Origin: the human T2T-CHM13v2.0 reference genome, Homo sapiens
DNA length: 64,000 nt
Reading direction: 5' to 3' (one strand)
NCBI RefSeq assembly: GCF_009914755.1
Contig: NC_060936.1
Positions 16,312 to 64,000 of this stretch are shown piece by piece. Within the stretch, counting starts at the first letter, position 1. Every line of letters begins with the position of its first letter. A program made the translations under genes and the position numbers. The notes under the pieces were generated by a model. It worked only from the letters and a program-made list of their open reading frames with translations. It was not told where the DNA came from and searched no databases.

Positions 16312-18573
16312 AGGTCCTCCCCCTTTTTTTTTTCTAAATTGATTTTATTCTTTTCTCATAATGTGATGGCTATTTATTCTTACATTCACATTTATCCAAT
16401 ACATATCTGGGGCCATATGCTATGCATTATGTAGGGCTAAAAAGATACAAAATTTCACTTCCATTCTTTAAGAACTCAATATTTAGTATGGGAGTTTTAA
16501 TATAATACACATATTCAAATTTAATATTAGACAGATATTCAAATTTAATATGGTATATCTATTCATATTACAACACACAGCTGCCTATAATACATACTTT
16601 AAGATGTGCAGAAAAATGAAGTATTCTAGAACTTCAGTCACGTAGCCAGTGGTAACCTGATTTACTGACTTTTAGAGGATTACTTAGGACTTAACCAGTG
16701 AGCTAGACATGCAGAACTGAGAAGTCTCAACAGGGATGTAATCTAAATATGAAAAACACTACAGAACAAGACCTTGTCTCAAAAAAAAAAAAAAATCTTG
16801 GTTATATAAAAAAAAAAAAAAGGAAAGAAAAACACAGTACTGCATAGGTCCTGACTAACCAGAACATGTCTGACTAATCAGCTAGCACTCCCAACAAATG
16901 AGAACAAATGTTGGCCAAATATCAGCTACATTCAGCACTAAAATCTGTCATGAATCAAGTACTTTTATAAAAGAGTTTATAGTTTGGTTACAATGCCATA
17001 AGTGAGGCAGGGATTACAAATAGTTTTCAATTTTTGAGCTGAATCCAATTGATAGGTAGTGGCTCCCTGGACAGCGGAGTGAGGGATTCTGAAGCTATGT
17101 CTGGGCCCACTGTCAGAGTGTGGTGAGTGACATGTGCCCTGGAAGAAGAAAAGACAAATTGGAGCACACATGCCATGTATCTGACGTCACTGCTTGTGAT
17201 TAAAAGACAGAAAAACCTGCATTCAAATCCTTCTTCAAGTCCTTGGGAATTGTGTCACTTTGGGCAAATGGCTTTATCCATCTGAGTTTACCTTCCATGG
17301 AAAGGTTCTGCCCATAGGATGGAGGTGAGACTATAGCCTCCTGTTGAAGCTAACGGCCGCAGAAGGCAGGAAATAAGGGAGGAGGAGAAAGCCTGAGAGT
17401 GGAACTGACCCAAGAGGTCTTAGTGGTGGGGAAGATGAAGTGATGCGGCCAACAGCAGAGACCTGGGAGAAGAGATGCATCTAACAGAGCTTTTTGGGGG
17501 GGCGGCGGGCGGGGGGAAATGCTGTGTGCCTTGACCCCTTTCCCTGGCCCCTTGAATCTTCAGGAAAACTCCCCAAGTCACAATATGCTTGGCCCATTGC
17601 ATTTTCTTTTGGAAGGCAGTGAAGGGGCTGATCAAGACTGGCAAGACTCCAAAACACTGTCTTCTTTTATAGGTGATGAGTGCTCAGCGAATGGGGGCTG
17701 TTACCATCTACACTGCTACTACAGGTCCTTCGGTTGACATGAACATGCCAGAATGAGGGATGGGAGGACCAAGAGCTCATTTGGCCTGGGTGTGTCTGTC
17801 CTTAATTACACTGTTCTCAAACATATGTTCCAGCCAGAGGCTTGTTAAGAAGAAGCCTTTGTTTAAATTTCAGGGCCCACAGAGCATTTTATAGTCTAGA
17901 CTCTAGAAAGTTTTATAGGCTAAAAGTCTGTATGATCTGAGTGAGATGAGCCCTTGTGTTTTATCAAAGGACATTCTGGGAACATAAACCTGTTTGTCTT
18001 CATGACAAGCCATGCAACTCCTGGGCAGAGTTCAGTTCTCTGTGAAGAGAAGTGAATATGCCACTGGTACACATGCGTTTCAAACTTCCTGATCCTCACG
18101 CAAGACTGATTTCACAGGCTCCTTGACATCTGCATTTAACTCCTAAATGTCCTCTGCTGTGCACCTCTTTCGCTTTTCTCAATCTCACTGCCCTCACTGC
18201 TATTTGCTATGACATTTTGTTTTTGCTTTTCGAATCTCATACTAATTACTGCTTCCTGACCCTTTTTGGCACCAGTGTAGCAGAGGGTACTACCCTCAGC
18301 TTCAGATAAGTCAGTGGAGTTCAGATTTGTCCATCCTCTGCTGATAGATGTAGGAATGGCTTCCAGAAATCTCTCTGCAGAGGGAGTGAGGGGAGCCTCC
18401 TGGGAGAGCTTCAGCTTAGACCCATAAGTCATTACAAGAAACTCAGCTCAGGAACAAAGCCTTAGTCCCTACAGGAGAAAGGCAATCCTAAGGAGAGCGG
18501 CGCCTGAACCCTTTCCTACCATCAAGAACTCAAGAACTCAGGTCTGTAATTTACAAAGGCATGGGGTGACCAG

Positions 18574-18965
18574 TGTCGCAGACACTGGCTAGATGCTCCC
18601 CAAACTTGTCTCCTTTTCTTCCTGGGCTCATACCTTCCTGGCACACATACTCTCTGTCTGAATTCTAGCCTAATAAATGTGGGCAGAATTCACATACACC
18701 AGCTCCAGGCCTGGCCCATAACACTTCCTGCATGATCTGGGATGCAAACGATCCAGTGGAGGCCTCCGAGGCCCTAAGGATGAAGCAGCTGGAGACAGAA
18801 GGGCCTGGGTCCCTGAATGGCTGGGAGGAATAGAGCCCCAGTGCAGTCTACTTGCACCCCCACCTTGACTCTGACATAGGCAGAAATAAATTTTTACACT
18901 CTAAAATCATTGGAATCTTGAGGTTGTTTGTTACAGCAATTATCTTGCTCTGGTTGACCTGCTAA
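18574..18965 (+). mobile_element. MLT1-family (MaLR) LTR
   Basis: tgtcgcagacactgg...agaaataaattttt...gttgtttgttacagca, the typical MLT1 3' signature. Confidence 0.7.
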
Positions 18966-19638
18966 GTAAAAATAGAAGCTCTGTCTAATGAAAATACTGC
19001 ATTCAACCTGAAGGAGTAGCAGCATAGCATTGGCAATTTCCTAATAAAGTGTAATATGAAAAGGAGAGAAAGGCAGTCTTCCCTGGTTTCCTTTGCCCCT
19101 CACAGCTTTGACATTTTAGGAGCACTAAAATATGAGGTGGCATTTAGTGAGAGATACAGGAAGAGGCAGCAGTTTTTGAGAGGAGGCAGTTTTTGAGGGG
19201 CCTGGCAGCGCAGTGGAACCAAGGAGGAAGGGAGGCGGCCGCTGGTAGATACAGTGGCATTGGTTCCAAGAAGAGGTGGTGAAACCTAGTGGGGATAGTC
19301 AGGACCAGCAGAAGTGGCCACACTGTCCAGGGAAAGGCAAGCATTAGATGGTCAGATTTGATCATAAGCCCATGCAGGACACTTAGAGATTCTGAGCAGT
19401 ACTTGGAGTATTACAAAGGTAATAACCAGCAATATGGGTTCCCTCTATGAGTTATGGGAACTTGAGAAGGTTGGGGAAGAACACTCTCACTGTAGATCAA
19501 TGTAGGAAAAATAGAAGGTGATTTTCTGACTTCAGTTGTGATTTTTCAGAAAAGTAATTTCTTCAAGCAGGCACAGCCACCAGGCAGGTTAGGCTGTTCA
19601 TAGGCATCCCGCCCCGGTCACTCTTGTACTTGTCAGGA

Positions 19639-20115
19639 AGGCAAGCCAAGTTCAGAAGTCAGAGAGGGCCTGGGTGTTTGCATTTTCCACAGTGACCTCA
19701 GTGGGTGTTTGGACAACAAAGGTATTCACATTCCACTAGGTAGCTAGAAAGGAACTCACAGGTATTCTCCATGTAAAAGGTAAGGATCCTGATTCATTTG
19801 GCAGCTGCTTTGAATTTTTTTCTTTAATTGAAAAGAAAGTACATTAAATTTGAGAAATACTATTCTAAGCTGCAGTTCCTATGTTAAAATGGAAAAAAGT
19901 TGTGGAGGGATGAAAGAGATTTCTAGAGGGACAAGGAAGACAAAGTGGAGGAAAGCTCAGGAAGCCAAGGAAGGAGGAATTCCTGGGCATCGGCCTCCCT
20001 GCAAAAATCATTCGGGCAAAGCTGGGGTGATTATGGGGAGTGTGCAGATGCCTTAAAGGTCAAGCATTGAAATCTGAGGAGCCGGAGATGCTGCATCTAT
20101 TGGATGTGTGTACAC
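19639..20115 (+). repeat. 477-bp direct repeat, copy 1
   Basis: Ungapped match to 21503-21979; about 21 mismatches counted by hand. Confidence 0.95.
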
Positions 20116-20194
20116 TGACACATGTTTATATGTACACATGTAAGTGTGTACATGCACATGGGCACTTTGGGTAACTACACAGTTTGAAGCAAAG

Positions 20195-20365
20195 TTTTTT
20201 TTTGTTTTGTTTTGTTTTTGAGACAGGGGTCTCATACTGTTGCCCAGGTTGGAGTACAGTGGTTCAATCACAGTTCACTGCAGCTTCCAACTCCTCAACT
20301 CCAGTAATCCTCCCACCTCAGCCTCTCAAAGTGCTGGGATTGCAGGCACAAGCCACTGTGCCTGG
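20195..20365 (-). mobile_element. Alu monomer (FAM/FRAM-like)
   Basis: Single arm, flanked by caaagtttt repeats. Confidence 0.8.
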
Positions 20366-21502
20366 TTCTGAGACAAAGTTTTTAAATAAAACTTTATACA
20401 TCTTTATTTTATTTATATCACAGAAGAAGGTACTCTCCCGGAATATACCTTTTCACTAAGAAAAGGAGACAGATTTTTCTTCTTTCTTCCTATCCTGTGT
20501 GACCTGGCTATTCCTTTCCACCCAAACTTTCTCCTAGAAACTCAAGTTCTTGTTCTGCAACTAAAATGAACATTTTTCTACATCCCTGTCACATTCACAG
20601 GTTATTTTTCTCAGTCTTCATATTTCAGGAATGCGTTCCATTTAGTTAAACTGATATCAGGCAAGCTACTACTGGCTCATTGTGACTTGTAGTGTTGCTC
20701 CTTTTAGATGACCTACATAGATGTAAAATATGTTTTTTAATCATGCCTCCAGAGAAGTGGCAAGCAGTAGAAATTTTGGGTATTGTAGAATGTTGAAAGA
20801 ATTAATAAATAAATACATTACTAAACCATTAAATTACTATGAAATGTATTATTTGTTATTAAGTTACAAATTTTAAATTGTTAAAACATTAAGAAATTAT
20901 CGATAAAAGAAGAGTGAATACTTAGAAAACACTAAGTGCCAGGCACTGTTGTAAGTGCTTTCTACATATATATTTAATTCTCAGGAGAACTCTATAAACT
21001 AGGAACTGTTTTGTCCCCATTTTGCAGATGAGAAAATTGAGGTGGGGAGAAATTAAGCAACTAACCCTCTGCCTGGCATCTAGGAAATGATAGAGTCAGG
21101 ATTTGATCTCGGGAGGCCTGGCTCCTGGCTCCAGAGCCTGTGCTCTATCAGAGACAATGACATTTTTTTTTTCCAAGGGAAGAAAGGAGGTGAGACTGAT
21201 TGCTGGAGACTCTCAGATTACTCCCACAGGATAGTCCTGTCTGCAGTTTCTCACGGGAATTAGGCAGCCTGCAAATGAGATGTATCTTGGAGCTTTTGTT
21301 GTGACACTCAGAAGTTACATTACCTTTCTATTTCTCAGCTTTCTCTTAAACAAAACAAGGAGAGTGGGACTAGATAGCCTCTAGGATCTGTTCCAGTTCT
21401 AAGATAACACAGTATTAGCATTCCTGCACTAAAATGCTGATCACTTGCGTGTGGGAAAGAAGCAAGTCAGTTCTTCCTTCTACACCACTGTGCCTGGTCC
21501 TG

Positions 21503-21979
21503 AGGCAAGCCAAGTTCAGAAGTCAGAGAGGGCCTGGGTGTTTGCATTTTCCACAGTGACCTCAGTGGGTGTTTGGGCAGCAAAAGTATTCACATTCCAC
21601 TCAGTAGCTAGAGAGGAACACACAGGTATTCTCTATGTAAAAGGTAAGGATCCTGATTCATTTGGCAGCTGCTTTGAATTTTTTTCTTTAATTGAAAAGA
21701 AAGTACATTAAATTTGAGAAATACTATTCTAAGCTGCAGTTCCTATGTTAAAATGGAAAAAAGTTATGGAGGGATGAAGGAGATTTCCAGAGGGACAAGG
21801 AAGACAAAGTGGGGGAAAGCTCAGGGAGCCAAGGAAGGAGGAATTCCTGGGCATCGGGCTCTCCGCAAAAATCATTCAGGCAAAGCTGGGGTGATTACGG
21901 GGAGCGTGCAGATGCCTTAAAGGTCAAGCATTGAAATCTGAGGAGCTGGAGATGCTGCATCTATTGGATGTATGTACAC
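21503..21979 (+). repeat. 477-bp direct repeat, copy 2
   Basis: Offset 1864 from copy 1, the same offset as the twin 68-aa ORFs. Confidence 0.95.
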
Positions 21980-22573
21980 AGTCGGATCCTCCTTCTACAC
22001 CCTTCAACTAGAAGCTGCAGCGTAGGGTGCTGAGTAGACACCTGTAAAGAACTGGGAGCAATAAATGAGGGTTCGAGCTCCAGGAAACTTCAACTTCTAC
22101 CTAAGAAGCGTAATAGAAACACTCTTACTAGGTGCCTACTGTGTGCTGTGTGTTTTAAACAGGTCGTATCATTTAATTCTCATTGCAAGCTTGTGAAGTA
22201 GGTAGTATGTCTTTAATTAAAAAAAAGCAGCGGCAGCTCAGTCGCCCCAAGTGACTTGCCCAAGATGGCCCAGCTAGTAAGTGATTCAGGCAGGATTCAA
22301 ATCCAGTCTGCCTGATTTCAAAGCCCACGCACATTGCACAATCCACACCTCCTTAAATATCTCCTTCGAATCATTTTCACTGCAAGCTTACGGGGTATTT
22401 TCTCCCCATTTCACTGACGAGGCAAGTGAGACTCAGAGTGGTGAGGTGACCTGCATAGGTAGGGTGGGAGAAAAGCCTGCGGAGCGTGTACTCTGGCTTG
22501 GCCTCCCTCAGCTCTGTCCCCAGCAAGCGGGTCCCACCTTTCCCGGTCCCAGCCCCACGCACCGCCGCTCGGA

Positions 22574-22612
22574 ACTACACTTCCCGGCAGAACGCGGGCG
22601 CGCGCACGCGCA
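22574..22612 (+). promoter_or_regulatory. ZNF143/THAP11-type ACTACAnnTCCC motif followed by an NRF1-like GCGCACGCGCA element
   Basis: actacacttcccggcagaacgc at 22574 and gcgcacgcgca at ~22602, 15-55 nt before the ATG; matches to known housekeeping-promoter motifs. Confidence 0.7.
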
Positions 22613-22626
22613 CCGGGGCCTCAGCC

Positions 22627-58841
<36,215 letters not shown>

Positions 58842-60123
58842 TCTGATGGAATCTTCAGTTGCAGAAGAAGTGAACAGAGTGGATACCCTCTCTACTCTCC
58901 TGTCACTGTAAAATCAGTTCTATGGAGAGAAGACTTCTTCGTCCTCATTTACCACCTCCCTGATGGTTGCAAAGGCTTGGGAAGGCATGTTGGAGTCTTT
59001 GACGGCAGCATGATCTATTTGGCTGGGGCATCTTACCTACCTTTTCAGTCCCTGCATTAATCCCCTCTAGGAACTCTGCGTGGATCGTTTGGAAATGTGA
59101 ATCTCTTAAGTATTTAATTTTTTTGGTATGTCTAATTTATGAAGTCTTGCTGGGAAAGCCAGTGAAGTCTATGACTAGGAAACATTTTGTTGTACATTGT
59201 GCTGTGTGTGTGTATATTTTAGTGTTGTGGTGAAGTTATTTTCCAGGTATGTCCTAAGCTTCAGGGATCCAGTTTCTTGTCCTTCTGAAATATATCTGGT
59301 TTGTTTGGTCATTTTGAGACTTCCAGATGCCCTACCTCTGATGTTGAGGGCCACTTATTTCTCTCCTTATTCTTTCCCACCTGTACCTTGGCTACTTCCA
59401 AATTGTAGACAGAATGAGAAAGATTTATAGTGGAAGACTGAGTTAGCCATCCAAGCATTTTCATCTCTCTTGTTTTATATCCTATTTCCTTAGATTTTCC
59501 ATCCATGTCTATTAAGTGACCACAAGAATAACTATATTCCTATCACAAGGGGAGCAAGAGGATGTAGTCTCAGTGACCCATCTCTGACCAAGTCCACATG
59601 TTGTGTTATATGTGGCTCTGATGGTTCTGCCAGTCATGATCTTTTTTCTGTGGCGACATCAGAAGTGTATGTTTGCATGCTGTCTTCAACTTAGAGGAGA
59701 ACTGGAAGTCAGGAGCCTTTGATGTCCTTATCCTGCTGTATGTCTTCTCTGCATCTTTTTCTATAGGGCACCCTCCTTAGCTCCCCTCACTCTGTTTTCT
59801 CTTCTATTCAGGGATATGTTTCTGGACTTTTTCTTCTGCTACTTGAGTCCAGGATGCAACCATTTTGTCCTGCATCTCTTCTTTCCTGTAGAGCCTTTGA
59901 AGCATTGTATTTTGGGAAAATTCTTCTGTAAATACTATAACTTTTATAAATGGTTAAGTTATTTAGAATTATCTCCAGTGCTTACTTCTCCCTTCTTCTG
60001 TATAAATCTGCTACTTCAATTAAGTTCTCCTCTAAACTTTTAGGTCATTGTTTATATAGCAGAAAATTCAATGTTAGCGGATGGAAAACTGCTTCTTGAA
60101 TAACCTTGATAGGTCATCCCTGA

Positions 60124-60550
<427 letters not shown>

Positions 60551-61636
60551 TAATTACCCACTGACAGGCATTATGACCTAACAGGAGGTTGGTAGCAGTA
60601 GATCCAAGCATGCATGTTGCCTGGCCTGTAGATTGGCCTTATCAGGTTTCTGGGTGCCTCTGCCTTAAGATCCTGAAGGCAAATTTTGTTTCAACAGTTT
60701 GGAAGTCATCTGTGGGTCCAGCTTGACTTTGGAGGAATAAGAAGATACTTCTAGAGTATGGGAATGATTCCAGATAATTTCTGGGATTTGAATCTACTTG
60801 AGTTTAAGGGCCTGGGACCTAATTTGGTTTAGTATAGAATTTGAAGAATTAATTTATAGGCAGCTGAATACCCAAAACTTGGGTGGTGGTCCTGTGGTTT
60901 GGCTGAGCTGTCCGGGCATAACCTGGTTCTCTGTTATGTTAAGGCTTTCTGGGAAGCCAGCCACTCTGCGCAGGAGTGAAACATGAAGTTGTTTTCTGAG
61001 GACCTGTTTTGGTGGGATTGTTTGGGCAGAGGACTGTGTTTATGCAGGGCAAATCCCAGAAAGATAAGAGGAAGCTAGAGAAACTTAATGTACCTGAATT
61101 CTTCATGGTGTATTTGCAAACTAACTTAACATAGATTCTTTTGACTATGGTAAGTTTGAATCTCTCCTTGCCAAACAACATTATAAGTTTAGTTTTCTTC
61201 TTCCTCTTGCAGCCGGTACAGAAAGGTGTAAGTGGTGGCTGAAAATTGAGGAAGCTTCATCTGACCAATGTGGGTGCTGGTTTCTTGTGAAATGTGTCCC
61301 TAAGCCTCCTTCTCCTTGCAGGCAGCCACCCACCCAGGTGTCTAAGATAGGACATGCTCCTTTCTTTCTCTAATCCCATCCTGAGGTTGCCGGCAAAGCC
61401 AATATGACCACTACTGAGAAATAGTAATGACTTCTACAAATGCAAGGGTCTTACCCTCCTCTTTCCCTTAAACACCCTCCCTTTTCCTTAGACCCCGTTT
61501 TTGCCATCCCCCAAATGTGTGGTATGGTGAAACTAATCCCCTGAATGTGAATTGCTATCCTTATTGCCCTATTAAAGAAGAGCCAGCTGGTATATTGTCA
61601 GGAAGCACTATTTAAAATGTGAACTGTTATAGAGTA

Positions 61637-61646
61637 AATAAATAAA
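61637..61646 (+). terminator. FAM234B polyadenylation signal (overlapping AATAAA x2); upstream ATTAAA at 61571
   Basis: agtaAATAAATAAAtactctaca followed by a GT/T-rich tract (cttgtgtg). Confidence 0.75.
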
Positions 61647-61756
61647 TACTCTACAGGAATACACTTGTGTGCCATTCTCATTCGTCTTAGTCATCAAGGA
61701 TGGTTTGTTTCCCCATATGGAAAAGAGAACGGGCAAGTAGATGGGTGGCATTCTTT

Positions 61757-62315
61757 TTTTTTTTTTTTTTAAGTTCTAGGGTACATGTGCACAACGTGCA
61801 GATTTGTTACATATGTATACATGTGCCATGTTGGTGTGCTGCACCCATTAACTCGTCATTTACGTTAGTATATCTCCTAATGCTATCCCTCCCCCCTCCC
61901 CCCACCCCATGACAGGCCCGGTGTGTGATGTTCCCCACCCTGTGTCCAAGTGTTTTTATTGTTCAATTCCCACCTGTGAGTGAGAATATGCAGTGTTTGG
62001 TTTTCTATCCTTGCGATAGTTTGCTCAGAATGATGGTTTCCAGCTTCATCCATGTCCCTACAAAGGGCATAAACTCATCCTTCTTTATGGCTGCATAGTA
62101 TTCCATGGTGTATATGTGCCACATTTTCTTAATCCAGTCTATCACTGATGGACATTTGGGTTGGTTCCAAGTCTTTGCTATTATAAATAGTGCCGTAATA
62201 AACATATGTGTGCATGTGTCTTTATAGCAGCATGATTTGTAATCCTTTGGGTATCTACCCAGTAATGGGATGGCTGGGTCAAATGGTATTTCTAGGTCTA
62301 GATTCTTGAGGAATC
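61757..62315 (-). mobile_element. 5'-truncated L1PA (PA4/5-like) 3' end, ~560 bp
   Basis: poly-T followed by the L1 3' UTR and ORF2 tail; TSD agatgggtggcattcttt at 61739-61756 and 62316-62333. Confidence 0.93.
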
Positions 62316-63111
62316 AGATGGGTGGCATTCTTTATGAAGGAAATAATAGGGTACATTTCTCAGAAGGGATGAAAAGGTGGGATCCAGAGAGGAGCCTATG
62401 CCCCCTTGTTCACTGGGAAGTCCCTGGTGTGACTGTCCAGAAGGGAACCACAGTCCAATCTGAATAGCCTTGGTGGGCTATTTCTAGAAGTGACCCTGAC
62501 CCTGTGTGCTGTTGGCGCCTTCTCATGTTAAACCACTCTCCTAAGGGCTCCTGGGACAATATTTAATAACACTTTTACTGGGTACCTACTGTGTGGATGC
62601 AGGACACTGTCCCAGGCAGTGTGGAGGACTTCTGTGCTATATGACAAAGCACTCAGGGGCGCTTCTGTCTTCCCATCTGTGACTTCCAGAACAATTCGCG
62701 CGTACCATGGAAAGTTGAGCCACAGTCACACTACCGTTAATTTGCTCACCTCCATTTCTCCAATTTCCAGACCAATAACTAGATGTATCAGATCCTTAAG
62801 GTCGGGAAGTGTATTTTACTCTTCTTTTTATCTCCATGGTTTAGCCCAGAACCTGGCACAGAAACTATCAGTAAAGAAGGGAATTCTGGATGTGTGAGAT
62901 GTGGGGTGGGTGAAACAAGATGGAGCTGTAGAGGAAAAGAGAGCAGTGGCACCCAGGAATCCCTTAGGACTTAAAGATAACCCTTATTCATAGCCTTATT
63001 CGTAGCCTCTAAAAACCATGCTCAAGAGACGGATGTTGGCTTAAGCACATGTTGATAATCAGCAGACGTGTAAGGTAGGGCTCAAGCCTACTCCCCAAAC
63101 CCGCTTAACTC

Positions 63112-63528
<417 letters not shown>

Positions 63529-64000
63529 CTACTAGTGGACTAGCTTATTGCCTTGTAGGGATTTAGGGACTTTCCACCATGTTTCAGGTAAAGAACTGTG
63601 GGAAGAGAACTTACTGGTTTCTAAAAAGAGAATGACTCATGTAGTCCTAGTATCAGACAAGGAGCTTAATGGATTTGTTTTCACTGAATTGATGAGTTGT
63701 CGGTGCCATGCCCTTTTCTATCTGGTGTGCCTATTGTGTGTGTATGTCTGTGCATATTTGGACTCCTGTTTCCCAAGCTGCATTGACCCTTGTAAAATCT
63801 CCAAGATTCCCCAGGCCTGAAGCTGAGCTGTATGCAGTGGACATAACCTACTGCATACCCTCCCTCTCCCACCCCAACACACACACACATGCCCTGCCAA
63901 AGATGTCCCCCCACTCAGATGCTGGGAGGAATCATCCCTCTTCCATCTTCCTTTGTTTTGAACTTAGCAGTCTTAGGGTCCAAAAAGGTGAGCCTCTGAA

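Noticed and set aside
19850-21920. Twin 68-aa ORFs as a duplicated microprotein gene
   Set aside because: They start at TTG, most differences are non-synonymous, and their similarity just reflects the DNA duplication.
19639-21979. 477-bp direct repeats as the paired LTRs of a novel retroelement
   Set aside because: Only copy 2 has TG...CA ends. There is no PBS/PPT or TSD, and the spacer contains a MIR and an old Alu monomer far more diverged than the repeats.

Overview
Primate (human-like) genomic DNA. The window contains the complete 13-exon FAM234B (KIAA1467) gene on the + strand: CpG-island promoter at ~22.5-23.1 kb, ATG at 22627, stop at 58841, a spliced CDS of 1869 nt (622 aa) and a ~2.8-kb 3' UTR ending near 61.66 kb. 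It is followed by the last coding exon of the convergent GSG1 gene on the - strand (63112-63454). The first ~22 kb is intergenic and repeat-rich, with an ERVL remnant, L1M, L2, many Alus and an MLT1 LTR. I see no new multi-gene system. The notable signals are recent and old mutational events. These are a perfect, poly(A)-less 5S rRNA retrocopy with a TSD in intron 1, and a 97-bp 100%-identical templated insertion inside a full-length HSMAR2 mariner. There is also a twin-primed (5'-inverted) L1PA in intron 11 and a truncated L1 between the convergent 3' ends that has gained an AATAAA on the GSG1 strand. Finally, there is an ungapped 477-bp local duplication just upstream of the promoter and a very old, degenerate repeat array at 6-12.6 kb. 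Repeat families were assigned by eye from remembered consensus sequences, and their boundaries are approximate unless a TSD is given.
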